Shown: positions 50,600-63,920 of the stretch, piece after piece
Position numbering within the stretch: position 1 is the first letter of the stretch
How the letters are laid out: the number at the start of each line of letters is the position of its first letter
Assembly (NCBI GenBank): GCA_036172245.1
Contig: JAYWIR010000022.1
Coordinates: 1,054,001-1,118,000 of the forward strand
From: Raillietiella orientalis
Taxonomy: Eukaryota
Length of the DNA stretch: 64,000 nucleotides
Direction: 5' to 3'
Made by a program: the position numbers and the translations under genes
The notes under the pieces: model-generated
The model's database searches: none
What the model was told of the DNA's origin: nothing
The model's input: the letters and a program-made list of their open reading frames with translations, nothing else

Positions 50600-52450
50600 A
50601 CATCAGAACCAAGCAGCTGGATGACTGAGTGGAAAGCCACAACACCAAGGATGCGAAACATAAACAGCGGATTGCTTACACATTTATCTTCACTAGGCAA
50701 CGGTAGGTTTTCTTCCATGTAGGAATGTGCAAAAAGTGTCTGTGAAAACTGTTATTTGGAACTTGGTGAAATACCTAAGGGAGTATGACCAAGATTTGGA
50801 AATATTCGAGATGAAGAGAAGAAGTGTGCATCTTCCACTCAAGACAAGAGGACAAGTGGCAGATCGTAGGTTTCCCTAGAATGCATTCAACATGGGAATG
50901 ATAAAAAAAAAATCATCCCAACATCAACTTTACCGCCTTTGCATTCCTCTGCACCTAAACTCTCTATCTCTTCATTCACTGCTTCGGACTTTCGATGTGA
51001 ACGAATCAATGCCTGCGAGATCTCAGCTGTGCACGTGAAAGAGTGAGCTGCGGATCACGAAACTGTGATTGTGAGCTGCGATTAGAGAGCTCTATTCGTG
51101 GTAAATCCATGTTTGAGACCATCCCGAAACTCCGAAAATCAATCAATCTCATTCTTCGAAAGAATGCCCACCTGTTTCAAAAGTCGTTCGTACCCGAGAA
51201 TCTTTTTTAGTACGTTTATACCTTATTTTCCACTCCTAACGCAATACGTAATCAAAAATGCAAACGTTGTGTCGTTGCTTTTCTCAAGCCATTTTTCCCC
51301 CTTTCCCCCCAACTTTGTACAAACGCTTATGGTATGCGACGATGAGGGAACGCAGCAGATTAGCTACAAGTTTCATCCCGAAAATCGTAACTTCCCTACC
51401 AAGTGGAAATTCTGTTGAACCTTCTGAAACAGGTGGACATTCTTTCGAAGAATTCGTCTCCACGAAGAAAAGGGATGTGTACTCAGACGCTGCAATTCGA
51501 TGCCGTGCTCCGAATCCACTAATGAGCAATTTTTTTTGCAAGTGCGAGAAGCAGTGTATCTTCGGTTGAAAAGTCGTTTGGGGATATTCTTTTCCAGGAG
51601 TTTTAATGAAACCCCGGGAAATGAATGCTCCTGATGACCTACTGTCTGACTCCTTAGCACTGCATTCGGCGATCTTTATTTGCTTATCTCCCCCCCTCCC
51701 GCCCGCGTTTCTGGGAGACAATAAGGCAAAGCAAATGTAAGTGATACACTGACACGACCCCTTTCAACGCATTTTCGTCGTCTCCAGACGGCATGGCAAC
51801 CGTTTTCCTAGGCGCCAGTTCATTCAAAGTTTGATTCTGCTTCTACTCACGCGGAAACTCTATTCCACTTCTGCTTTTCCCTTGTTTTCCTCTATTTCCA
51901 TCAGTAGCAGCCACCTTCAATTTTTTTTTTTTTATAGGAGTTGGACATTTCCGGACGGGCGCGAATTGCTTCTCTTATGACGATCAAAACACGAAAGTGA
52001 ATCAAAAAGCGAAGACACAAATGATGAAAGTCCTACACAAACAAGCAAGCGAACCATAATGTCCCCATTTGTTTGCCACGCCCTTGGCCTAGCCTATCAT
52101 CTGTGTGGGATCCGGCGCTGCTTCATAGTGTCGCGTCTCCATGAAGACCTTGAAAAATGACCTCCCATTTTTCAAGAAGAGAAACGGGCAGTCCTCCGTG
52201 TGAACTCACAGGAGAATGGAAACGGCACAACACGAGGAGAGTTTTTTGAATCACCAGTGATGAGCTTGAAAACGTCAACGAGTGCAAGAACCATTGGAGA
52301 AATGTATGAATAGGTCCGACGAATGAAAGTCTTACTGATGTCCAGAACTGGAAACAATATTGCGTTAACGACAGACACTATAGGGACATGACCATGAGCA
52401 ACAAATGTGCCGTCACTACTAATATAGCTTATTCGAAACTCGGTATTAGT
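50600..52450 (-). pseudogene. Arrestin-like copy 35
   Basis: SSDGTF...HVPIVSVVNAILF...RRTYSYI; SHLQKKLL ~ TRLQERLI; PLGREVTIF ~ ACGVDYEVKAF. Confidence 0.6.
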
Positions 52451-52559
52451 TGCGAATAAGCAAAGCAATAATTTGGAACCAAACGATTGGACTCTCGCTG
52501 GAGACGACCACAAGGAAATGTGCAAGAGATAGTTGTGAAAACATCACTGGAACACACAC

Positions 52560-53256
52560 CAAATCCAGGAAGGGCTCGGAGTCCGTTCCTCTCACGCTTG
52601 GGGAGGGGGATCGCACCTCCCACCCTGGTTGTCTCCGAGGGAGAACCCCGAAGGGAATCTCCTTCCTCATTCTCTCCGGAGGGACCCCCCCAATGGGGGG
52701 GTGGTCCTCTCCATTTCAACTTCTCCGGAGGGAACTCTCAAGGGAACTGCTCCTGTTCAATCCTCTGAAGAGAACCCCGAAGGGACGCTTCCGAAATTCA
52801 GAAGGGGCTCTGTAGCTTCCCGCAGGGGAATCGCTCTCTCTCTTGCTTCCTTGCACTCTTCTGAAGCGGCGGCGACTCGGAGGGTCCCCCCTGCATCAGG
52901 GGGGTCCGCTCCTTTGAACAACTGGAGAAGTGCCTGTGAAGGCTCCTGCTCCATCTTGAAACCGGAGGCGGTCCCCCGGTGACGGGGGTCCTCTGTCCGT
53001 TGCACACCGGATGGGGAACTCCCCACTCCTTGATTCCTGGACCCAAGGTCGACTCCCACTGTTACGGCCTTCATCGGGGGCCTCCAGCTTAATCCACCGC
53101 CGGTGCCACGCCCGAATGTCTCGGCCAACCAGCGCCATTGCAGGAGAAACTCGGAACTCGACGACGCAGTGGCGTCAGAGTTTCTGCCGAAGTATTCGAA
53201 CCCGCGACGCATGGTGGCACACGCGCAAGCCTTAACCACAAGGCCTCCGACGCGGG
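52560..53256 (-). mobile_element. tRNA-derived SINE, head plus body
   Basis: Minus strand: CCCGCGTCGGAGGCC, A-box-like TGGTTAAGG, B-box GGGTTCGAATACT (53191-53203); colinear with 60557-61292. Confidence 0.85.
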
Positions 53257-53296
53257 CACAACACATGCATGCCTATGGGACACGTGGAATACTACA

Positions 53297-54290
53297 GAAC
53301 TGAAGAGGATAACCACTGGCTGCAAGATATGAATGTAACGTGCGGAGACAGAAAGCAAGCTAAGAACAGTCGATGGATCGCAGATACGTGTAATCGCTGA
53401 GGGGTTCCAAAAGTCAAGTTCCCCCGGTGTCGGTTACCTAATGTTAGCCATCTTCTGGGAATCTGACCAATCAACTTATTTTCCTCAGTGAGGGGAAGAG
53501 AAAGTATAAAGTTGAAAAATATGTGGTTGAAGGAAGAAAGAAAGAAAAAACAGGGCAGAAAGGGGAGGAAAGCAGTACTTCCGGATACACAGTAGTGTGA
53601 CGGAACATGAGAAAGTGGCTATGCCAGTTTCCCTGATCCGGGTAAAAAAAAAAAAACTATCAAACGACGAGCTGGTGCTCAAGTCCAGTCTGCAAACACA
53701 ACAAGCACTTGGTGATTTTTATTTATGGTGGCTGATAAATCTAGGTTGATGTTGATGAAACCATTAGTCTGTTGCAGATAACTGCGAAGTATTCTGTACG
53801 TTGCTAAGGGTGGACTCAAGACTCCGTTGAATGCTCTGCTCTGAAAAGGTAGCAGTATATTTTCTCCAGCACAACAGCTGGACTTCGGAGCAACTCAAGT
53901 GACGATGCCAAGAACTGTCGCAATGAAAGTGAATCGTAAAATCTGGAAGCGCGTTAGAAAAAACATAAGCAAAAGATGTACATCTTGAGTCCAAAAGTTG
54001 TCGACTAGAAATTCCAATATCGAATATTGGATGACTGGTCTCCAAAAAAGGAAAAGAGAGTTTCTCAATTAGCATTAATTATTTTTGCAAACATGATCAG
54101 CTTTGGGAACAAGGAGCTGAATTGATGGTGCATTGTCAGCATCCTTGTTGAAAAGTAACTCCAAAGAAAATACCGAAGGAGTTGTCTAGAAAGCAACAGC
54201 GACCATTGACACTCTTCTGTTGCTTTGTTCACAGTACTTTTAGCTCCTAGAGTTGGGTTTTCAAGTCCCTATTGTACTTGGCATTTCCAT
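53297..54290 (+). pseudogene. Arrestin-like copy 36
   Basis: LKRITTGCKI*M*; TVDG; IVKSGSALEKT* ~ copy 16 VVKSGKDFDMWF; FQVPIVL ~ VELPFTL. Confidence 0.55.
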
Positions 54291-54949
54291 TCTGATCGAT
54301 TCGAAATTGTCCTCGATGAACTAGGAGGGCCTATCTTTATTACGTGACATACAGATGATAATTGGTACACACAGATGGTAATTGCAATAGCATTTCTTAA
54401 GGTAAAGATCAGGAAGGCTATGATGTTCTAAAGGATGCAAGGTAGCAGTGATGTCTCCGTCACGCGTCTCTGAACTGTCGGCTGAAGCAACTCACCAATG
54501 ATGCGTAATAGTCAGATACTCTTTTAGACGAAATATTATGTCCTTATATGGATCCTGTGCTGCAACCTCACCAAAAAACTGACATCCACGAGCGATTGGA
54601 AAACCTGCTTCCCTGAAAGAAGGGAGACAAACCCCCTTGTTTTGGTGTTTCTACAAATGTGACGGCTTATAATCGATGGCTGCCATTTTCCTACCATGTC
54701 ACTAGATTAGAGTGAAGCGCGTTACTTATTTCAGGCATTACAGCTCATTAGTTTGGGAGAAAACGAGACCTTATTTTGTCGATCCTGCCGATCTAGCCCG
54801 GTTGCCATGCCCCGTGATTTCTGTTACTTTGATAACAACAGTAATAGAATAAGTGTCGTCATTTTTTTGTTTCTAAACAGGACATGCATGGAAAACTTTT
54901 TTTTTTCTTCTTGATCAGCGATTGATATTAGATGGTAAATGTCTTCACA

Positions 54950-56220
54950 GTTGAGTCTCAAGTTGCAGAATTATCATCTTCAGGCATGCAGCTGATTTCA
55001 GATGCATCATTACGCATTCCATCATTTGAGTGTGCACAGTCAAAGCACAACAAATCATCTAGCCCTTTCCGATGGCATGCGTTGCTGGTTGTTTCAGATA
55101 TATGGTTGGATATTCCCCTCCGAACTACTTTGGCTTTTGCTGTCTATCCTCAGTTCCATTATTTATTTCGAGCTTCCCCTAATTCCACAAGAAGACTCTT
55201 AGTGCAGGAATTCATATGGATGGAAAATTTTATTGGCCTTTCTGAGGAATGGCCAAAAAGAGGAAGGTCCCCACACAGCTTAACAAGCCCTCTCGCTAGA
55301 CAAGGTTGAGAAAGATTCGCACACTACTCTGGACCACTGCATTTTGCAGAGCAAACCACAGGTTAATTTCTGCCAGAGAAATCAGGCCAGGTACTGAATG
55401 TAAAGGAAGGGTGAACAGATGATCTTTTTCAAGTGAGCATCCCATGGTCCATTTCAGTTTGTTCCAGAGGGAAGAGCTTCTGGTAATCTGTGTTTTGAGG
55501 GGAGAGTTTGTCAGACAGTTTTTAAACGGACTGCTAATCGTGAGACATGGCTCACCACCCTATTGAAGAATGGCGTTGAGATAGTTGGCTTTTCCGACAG
55601 AAGTAACCGGTCGTGCCTACATCTTTCCATCTAGAAATAGTGGTGCATGAAACATTTCCCACGTGTTACTACACTTACTATCGGAAGTGGTGAGCAATAA
55701 CCTAGAAGTAGAGACACGAATAAAATTGCTCTTCCTATCCATGAATCTGTTCTGTCCCCTATGAGGAATTGGGTTTTACGACCGCCTCTATGGGACAAGG
55801 AGATATAGGGGAAAACAGCACGCTGTGGTATGATGAAATCGAAGTTCAAAGGTACTAGCTCAAGAACAAGATCAAATAGTTGTCTCCTTAGAGAACAACC
55901 TTATCTGGCTGTCTTACCGGAAACAAAGTTGGTGTCAAGTTTACAACGATCATTATGTGGGAGTTCACACAGAAACCTGTTTAACTCAGAAATCTTATTT
56001 CCTTCTGTGGCAAGCACTACATGACTCATTAAGAAGAAGAATATTTGAATGGCTTTAAAATGAATTTTCCAACCTCAGTGCTCGAAACCTTATATAGGAA
56101 GGCTGTACGTGCAGAGATGCATGGAAGTATCAGGGCATGCAAGGTCAAATGCTCTTCCGGGAAGGTCGATGACAGTTAAGCAACTTCACTCATTCGCATA
56201 TCAATTTCTAAAATTGTTCG
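54950..56220 (+). pseudogene. Arrestin-like copy 37 with C-tail remnant
   Basis: ALLVVSDIWL...QFHY; VSNNL...RIKL ~ VTNNT...KIKI; ETKLVSS ~ DTNLASS; SFAYQFLK ~ DFARQRLK. Confidence 0.65.
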
Positions 56221-56349
56221 CTCGAAATTGGAAACAAGATATTTCAATCACATTGATAGAAAAAAAAAAAGGGGGGTTCAAGAACCATGAAAAAAAATTT
56301 GGATTTGATTTTTTTTTTTGTTTGCATTATCTCTGAAAGTGAACATGAT

Positions 56350-57680
56350 GCACATCTAGTTCGAGATGTGACACTGCATTAACTCGAAAACTTCATCAAA
56401 TCAAACTGAAAAATGTCAAAGGATGTGTTTCCTTGGTGTCATTTAAGAGCCAAAGATTCTTGCTTTGTCTGAGCTATGTTCGAAAAGAAGAATAAAAGCA
56501 AACTCAACGAACCAATCACTGACGCATGTTTGATGTTTCCACTGACGGTTATTTCAAGCAATCCCTGGAACGCACATTGACGATGTGCAGCACACGAAGT
56601 CCTTTTATGTAGCCCAAAGACTTTCTTGAAATTTGAATCAACCCCCTCTCTACGAAGTTTGCTAACATAAATGCACCAACTTCCAAGTTGATGTACTACC
56701 TCTTAATGTACCGAAGGTAACCAACCTAACAGTTGGTTAGGAGGAATAGAAGACCTTCACATATCGTAGGAGAAGCATATACATAAAACAAATAGCTCCT
56801 GTACATTTTAATTCAAAAATAATTAATTCATTTAACTGGTATTCGTTGTCTCTGAAATTGTCATTTGCAGTACATTTCTGGAACGGACAGCAGCCTGTTG
56901 CGACAGAAAGATTTCCCATGGCTGCTCCAGGAAGTGAAAGTCCTGCGGCAGCCCAATCACTGTTTACACTCTAGCCAGTCTTTTGAAACCAATGATTCTT
57001 CTCAGACTATTCAATGTTTGGAAGGGTCCAAATACGAAGGCGAAATGAATTGACGTGATTTCACTAGAATATGGCCGCATTACAGACGTCTAAAGTTTGA
57101 TATTTTGCAGAAGTTATGTGCTAATCTGGAGGGAACATCCCACAGCCGTTGGGAAGAGGACTGGTGTTCGAGGGAAGCCACTGAACGGTGAGAAACAAGT
57201 TTTGTCGATGAAAGAATAGGAAAATTTTCAACAGGGCAGAAAATCTTCCGGTTTCCAACCTTGAAAGCAGTTCTAGACAAATCTGCAAACATCAACTGAA
57301 CAGCACTTGCACCTAAGGATTTGCTAAGTTTATCCATACATCTTCAAGTATCAACTCTGAGATACCTGAAACAAGTTCTATTCATGTTAATATTTCTGGC
57401 CAACAGCTGAACTCTAGCAAGTGACTATTACATGGAAAGAAAAGAAGAAAAAAAAAAAGCCTCAAAATATCAGTTCCAGTTGCAAGACGAAATCAAGGAA
57501 AATTTCCAATGATTGCAAGGTACATGCAGCCTTCAAATTTGCGTTGCGTATGGTTTCAGAATGTTTATGTTGCGACTACCTCAAAAACACCGTCGACACT
57601 TCTGACATATTGGCGACAACTCCCTCTGCAAGTCAAGTGGAAAATCTGAAACTCTCAAGGCAATTCCTACTGCTGAGAAC
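56350..57680 (-). pseudogene. Arrestin-like copy 38
   Basis: SVDGVFEV; DKLSKSLGASAVQLMF ~ ERLIKKLGEHAYPFTF; NEYQLNELIIFELK ~ copy 16 NEFLLDETINVRLR. Confidence 0.7.
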
Positions 57681-57799
57681 TCAATGACTGGAACTTAATT
57701 AATTGGTTTGCTCGATTCTCGAGTGTACAGACACAGTGAATCGTTTGCTCAACTGGACTCTGGTAGATGACTCAGAAGTTCCCATTTCAAAATAACGGC

Positions 57800-58880
57800 C
57801 TCTCTAAGACGGAGCTACATAAGGAATACAATGAGGTTGACCGAAATCCCAGCTCTCCTGGATTTTTTTTCCTTCTCAATTCACTGCTTTTACTTATAGC
57901 ACTTCCTCCTGTCGATTCTACCATTTTATTCCACTGTAGATTTGACTTCTACCTGTCCATGATGTGCCCACTTGATGTGTTTTGTCTCCAGTTCGGTTGA
58001 TGTTAAGTACGGTTAATGTAACAAACGCTTCTAAGCACATTATATGTTTTGGAAAATCTTTCGTGCACACATTCAGCACAGTACGCGTACTGATTCACTG
58101 TATCTTCTCATGTAGACTTGCCATTCTCACCCGAACTAAACATAAATTTGCCGAGGTACTTACACTGAAATGATATTCCTTGACTGACTGCGTCTGTTGC
58201 TTTCGGAAATATCTAGTTCCTCCTAATCACATGCTTTTTTGTTAATGATTCCATTCTTATGTATAATAATGTGCATTTGTGATTATAAGTATGCACGTTA
58301 ACACGGGGAGTACGATAACAGTAAGAAGGTATCAGTATCGTGCCATTAGCTGCCGTGAGTTATTTTTACGAGTTCAGCAACATTACTCAAGGATAAGATG
58401 TAACCAACGAATTGGAACTGGTTTCGAAAGCATCTTCTCTGTTCTTCCGCGCTAAAACTGGTAGCACCACTTTTACATTGGTGTTATTAGTTGTGACCAT
58501 GGTCCCAAATCGAAGGTGGAGCGCAGCTTCTGTATCACAGCTTTTCATCTCAAGGAAAAAGCCCTAAACTTTGACAGGAAGTTAGATGCTGAACTGATTG
58601 CTTTTTGATTAGGGAGGGAGTCTGTACCGTTTATGGAGGCGCAATATGCTGTTGCCCAAATACGTGGTCAAGCAGATTAGCCGTGCCACACAGCAAGAAA
58701 GCACATATCTGAATGATGGATTCTCTGGCTCATTTGTTTTTCACAGACAATTTGCTGACGTTACTGATCAAGTTTCGACACACTTGGCAGTTTCTTTTTT
58801 TTTTTTTATGCACGCATTCATCGTATTCCTCGTTACGGAGCAATGCATTGCCATCTTTCACTAATTTTATAAACACTTGC
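57800..58880 (-). pseudogene. Arrestin-like copy 39
   Basis: QVFIKLVKDGN ~ RVFKKASPNGK; RVNVHTYN ~ SVNVHVTN near 58290. Confidence 0.6.
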
Positions 58881-58999
58881 TATAAAGAACTTTCATCCTA
58901 TATCTAGAAATTGCAGACTGAATTGGCATTTGAAACGCTTTTGAATTTGCGTATTTCTGAAACTCAAGTGAACTTTAGAAGGCAAAAAGACGTCAATAA

Positions 59000-60290
59000 A
59001 TGCCAATAAAATTTAGTCCTTTAAAGAACTGTACCGTTCTTAATGAATTTATGACACAATTACTAGAGACTGTTTGATCACAAATACCATCAGGATTAAT
59101 CGAATCATATTGACTTCCATAAATTTCATTGTGTCCCTGTTTACTCGTTTTCTTTCCATATAAATTCCCAAGTGATGGGATGCGAAGCATGAACTTCTAA
59201 AGCTTGATTGATCGTTGGTATCATCTGACTCATAGTTTACTGTTTCCACCATAAATTCAAGAGACGCATCAGACAGCTTACGAAATGTATAATTAACATC
59301 AGAAAGTTTAACATGATGCACTAGAATGATGATTCTATGAGTACCAGGTGCAGCCAATATCACATGGATTCAAAGACACATATCTCTATGTCGGATAACA
59401 GATGAAAGATGAGAAATCCATATTTGAGAAGGTTCGGCAGTTTGCTGTCATCTTTTAGGAGAAGCTCTCGGCTAATCATTCATTCAAGACCGCTAAGGAA
59501 TGCTTACTTTTGAAGAGCTTTCCATCTATTTCCACAGATCCATTATTTTACAATGCTCCAGACAGAAGATTTAAAAACCGATTTTGTCTGGTGATATTCA
59601 CAGCTACTACTGACACTCTATCTACCGCTCATGTTTGCGGTCGCCACTCACTAACAAACGACTCGGTTGGGCCTGAAGAGTCGCCCGTACCGGGCTCGGT
59701 TTGGGCTACCACGCGGGGGTGCAAGTGCCTATTTGTAAAACCCTATACCTTAACAACATATGACATTAAATAATGACATATACTTATCAAAACTGTCAGC
59801 ACATTTTTTAATATCTCTTTACAGTGTGATAGCGCTCATAACGACCACCTTCATGTAACGGAACATTTCAGTATGGGAATCCATCAGTGGGGAGTTCCCC
59901 ATCCGGTGCTGTGTGGCACGGCTAATCATCCATCGTAAACGGTCGAAATTTTTGAATTTGTAAAGATATGGAGACATTATTGTACAGTTACTTACTAGTC
60001 GGCGTAAAATGTGAATGTTTTACTAAGAATTCAACAGATCCTCCTCGCGGATAGACCTCGTCAATCGAAGAGCCTAAAAATTGGCTATCGGTTCAATAAG
60101 CGTTTGCATCGGAAAGCGTAATTATCAGTTTTCCGTTAAAAAAATGTGTCAAGACAGAATGCAACGAGAAAAAGAGATCAGACTCCAGTGAGAACATTTT
60201 TATTTCTTTGCAGATGATCTGATGACTTTGAAGATCCGTTCTTGGAAATAGCAGATCAGCTGCAACCCACTCCAGCACATTCTCAACTTA
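59000..60290 (-). pseudogene. Arrestin-like copy 40
   Basis: SDLFFS ~ KDLFVA; KLIITLSDANAY ~ RLIKKLGEHAY; DDTNDQSS...HLGIY ~ EDTNLASS...ILGII. Confidence 0.7.
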
Positions 60291-60344
60291 TGGTCCCGTT
60301 ATTGGCCTGTTGTATCCACTGGATCACCCGTGCCACCAAAAATC

Positions 60345-60530
60345 GGAAATCTTCCCGGAAGGGATCCGCTCCTGTTTTACTCCTTTGAAGAGAACCCGGA
60401 AGGGACGTTTCCGAAACTCAGAAGGACGCAGCTTCCTCGAAGGGATGGGCTCGCTTCTCTGCACTCTCTGGAGAGGTGGTGGAGAAACACCTACTCCATC
60501 ATTCCGACGTGGAGGGTTCCCCCCCCCGGA
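60345..60530 (-). mobile_element. SINE body fragment, inverted relative to the adjacent copy
   Basis: 60359-60478 is the near-identical reverse complement of 60878-60998. Confidence 0.85.
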
Positions 60531-60556
60531 ATAAGGGATCCACCGTAACCTCACGA

Positions 60557-61292
60557 CCCGCGTCGGAGGCCGTGCGTTTACGGTGGTCTCCGCTCGTGGC
60601 ACCATGCGTCGTGGGTTTGAATACTCCGATGGAATCGACGCCGTGCGTCGTGGGTTTCGAGTTCACCTCACAGGATGACGCTGGTTGACCTACATTCATC
60701 CGGGTGAGGCACTGGTAGCGGTTCAAACCGGATGATCCCCGATGAGGGCCGGGACAAATGGGAGTCGACCTCCGGGTCCTTCCAGGAATCACGGAGTGGG
60801 AGCTCCCCTCCGGTTGTGAAGGAGCGGACCCCCATTCCGGAGACACCCTCTGGAATGGGCATTACGTATGTCGTCATCACCTCTCCAGAGAGTGCAGAGA
60901 AGCGAGCCCATCCCTTCGAGGAAGCAGCGTCCTTCTGAGTTTCGGAAACGTCCCTTCCGGGTGCTCTTCAGAGGAGTAAAAACAGGAGCGGATCCCTTGC
61001 GGAGGATCCCTCCGGAAAAGAAATTCCAGGATCGGATCCTTTCCGGGTTCCCTTTAGAGAATAAAAAATGGAGTGGACTCCCCGGGGGTCCTCCGGAGAG
61101 AATAAGGAAGGAGGATTCCCTTCGGGATTCCCCTTCAGAGACAACCAGGGTGGAGGTCATCTCCATTTCTGGGGATCCCTCCCCAGGAGTGAGAGGAACA
61201 GAATCAGAGTCCTTCCTAGATTCATACGGCGGACCCCGTATCTTGAAGAATTACCCACTCTCATGTGGCGTGGAACCGTGTCGAAGAACTGC
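60557..61292 (+). mobile_element. tRNA-derived SINE, head plus body (tail missing)
   Basis: Starts CCCGCGTCGGAGGCC; B-box-like GGGTTTGAATACT at 60613; body matches the 44.5 kb and 52.6 kb copies. Confidence 0.85.
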
Positions 61293-61609
61293 GAAGATAG
61301 AAAAGAAGGATTTCCATCATCCTAGGCCAATAGATAGTAAGATCACTACTAGCCTTAGAAAAAAAAAAAAAACGGGAAAGCAAATCAAGTGGGAAGTAAT
61401 GAAGCAAGCATTTTCTTGTAGACAAATATGTAGCCATACAAGAAGTAAACGATTCGCCGCTACGGAGAGCGTTTGAAGAAACACGTTTAGAAATCTCGTT
61501 AGGAAGTCTTTGTTATTGTTCTTTCAGATTTTCTCCCGAGATTCTTCCAGTAAGCTGAACACTTTACTCGACAAAAGAAAATCCATGACAAAATGGAGGA
61601 GAAGTTATC

Positions 61610-62700
61610 TGAGACAATAAAACGAATACCAATAGGTAATAACGAAAAACTACATTAGGCCCATACAAGACAGTTCGTTACGATGAACGTCATGAAAGTG
61701 ACTCCGTGTGAACTCCATGCTATGCCGGATCTGGGCTACCAAATTCAAACACAACAAGTTTCGGAATTTCCGTCAATATGCTGAAGTACCTTTTTACTTA
61801 ATCCGACAAGCATGATTGAATTTCTCACACTAATCTAAACTTGTGGGTCATTTCAGCCCTTTTCTGTTACTCCAAGGGTCTGCATCAGTCATTTGCAAAC
61901 ACAAAGTTGTTGTTGAGGAAGACGGAAGTGCCGGATGCATATTTTCCGTTTCAAACTGGTAAGCGTTCTTTAATAATCCATCTCGAGTTTTCTCCAGCCT
62001 TATTTGGCCCACCTAACGAAACCAAATGCCAAGCAGGGAATCCACAATGAAATTTCCCCTCCTGACTGCAGAGAAAATTCGATTGCAATGAACCCAGCTC
62101 TAGATGTCTCAGGAGTAGTATCCAAGGAGATCAGCGCATTGACAATCATTGTTTTTCTTATTCCCTTTCCAAATGACTATCCCCTTATGTTGATTTTCGT
62201 TATTCAAATGGTTTTGTAATCTCTCGTAGACTTTTATACTGTGGAGCGTATTTTGCATACTTTGCCAAACAAAATGCATGTATCTTTTCGTTTTTTTTCC
62301 TTCTTCTTCTTTACTCTGAGTTTCTTGAGCTGCTTTTATTCAGTTCGTGAAGTGCCTCATATTGGATTCCACAGTTTCGTTGTAGCAATGAAAGAAGAAT
62401 TACAACTTCCTATCTTGCAGGAGTCAGCTTTGGATTATTTGGTTGAGTCGCTGTTCGAAATGAAATCTTTTCAGAAAGTGATATCTAACCCAGAAATCGC
62501 GGAGGATATTTGCAAAACAGGATTCAATGGGATGTTTTAAGAGATGATCAACAAGACTAATAACGCTCTTAGTCTTCGTGGAATTCCCTCAAAAATCAAT
62601 TGAATTTTTAGCGATTCCCTCGCTTCCTGAGTGGAAACTTTCCAAAGTGCTGGATATGATGAGCTGTATTTCTTTTTTTTTTCCAGCGATTTTCCTCAAG
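61610..62700 (+). pseudogene. Arrestin-like copy 41
   Basis: NEKLH*AHTRQFV...KVTP ~ NGKLTVYLGKRDFV...LVDP; LLLRK...DAYFPF; VVAMKE ~ PVAMEE. Confidence 0.65.
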
Positions 62701-62799
62701 ATGGAATTCACACATCGTTACTGTATGAGCTGGTAAAAACGGGTCATGCACATGCAGTGGAAACAGAACTATGAATGGTGTCCATATTACGTGCTATTC

Positions 62800-63920
62800 G
62801 ATGCTATCATTTACCTCTTACACCTCACAAACAAACAGCACACATATTTAGAAGGAATGGAACTCAACAAGAAGGAAACCCCAAAAGGTTCATTGATGAT
62901 CACAATATCAAGGAAATAAAAACCCGTCAGAAGTGAAAAATTTTTGTAGTAACGATAATAGTCGTTTATCACAAAAACAGCAACTAGAATAAGTACCACT
63001 GAATGTTAGCCGAGCTCTGTTTCTTTCACGTACAGTGATTCTATGCGAAAATGAGTTACTCCCAACAGCTTCAATTGCTGCCTGAGGCACCTGAAAGGCG
63101 AAAATTGCACAAGACCAAGAAACCTTCTTAAATTTGTTGTCCAAAAAAAATTCGAAGCAAAAAATCCTCTGAAATAGATGGTAGTGGAAGTATACTGTCC
63201 TGTAGTGCTTTGCAGAAAACAGGTGCCTCATTTGCCTAGATTTTCGTACGGTTCTTCCACATGGAAAACTCCTCTGGAGAAATATCTAAGAATGGAAACG
63301 GTTCTTATCATATCAAGGTGACTGACTAGAACATGCAGACTGCTTAAATTACATTAGCATTTCGTTTAAAATTATCAAAAAGAGATTCACATCAAACACT
63401 TAAGGCTATACCAGTTCTGTTGCTGGTCAATAGATTGACATCAGTATCAGTTGACGAATAGTCTCCTAAATGAATTTTTAGTTTGCATATAAAAAAAATC
63501 TCAAGACCCAATTCAGGAGATGTTGCTGTGCACCAACTAATGAGATGACTCTGAATGACCAAGTCTTGAAACGACGCTATAAAGTTTCAGCTTCAATGAT
63601 CACGAAGAGCGAACACTGAGAAAGTCGACAACTGCCTCGAGATAGTAGTTTCATGATTAAAGCAAGCAATTTTGGTGAAAAACAATGGGAAAGTGATTAC
63701 TAACTAATTTTATAAAAATAATGGGTTTTGCAATCATTTGTCCTCGAATTGATCGCTAATCAAGGCATCTTTGAAGCCAGAAATCATTCCTCAATAAACA
63801 AATTTCGTAACGTGGAACCGTTCGGAAGGACACTTGGTCGTTGCCACTGGTCACACCCTTCGGCTACGAAATCGAATGAGCCGGGCATCGCCTTTTTAAA
63901 AATATCAACCTCAGATCTCA
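62800..63920 (-). pseudogene. Arrestin-like copy 42
   Basis: DIFKKAMP ~ RVFKKASP; LFIEE*FL ~ VLVDPEYL; FSRGVFHVEEP ~ LDKEIYYHGEP. Confidence 0.65.

Noticed and set aside
53060..53085. Hammerhead ribozyme within the SINE (ccgatgaaggcc)
   Set aside because: Lacks an intact CUGAUGA and the matching GAAA core
53190..53256. tRNA gene
   Set aside because: No convincing cloverleaf, and it continues into a repeated body; it is a SINE head
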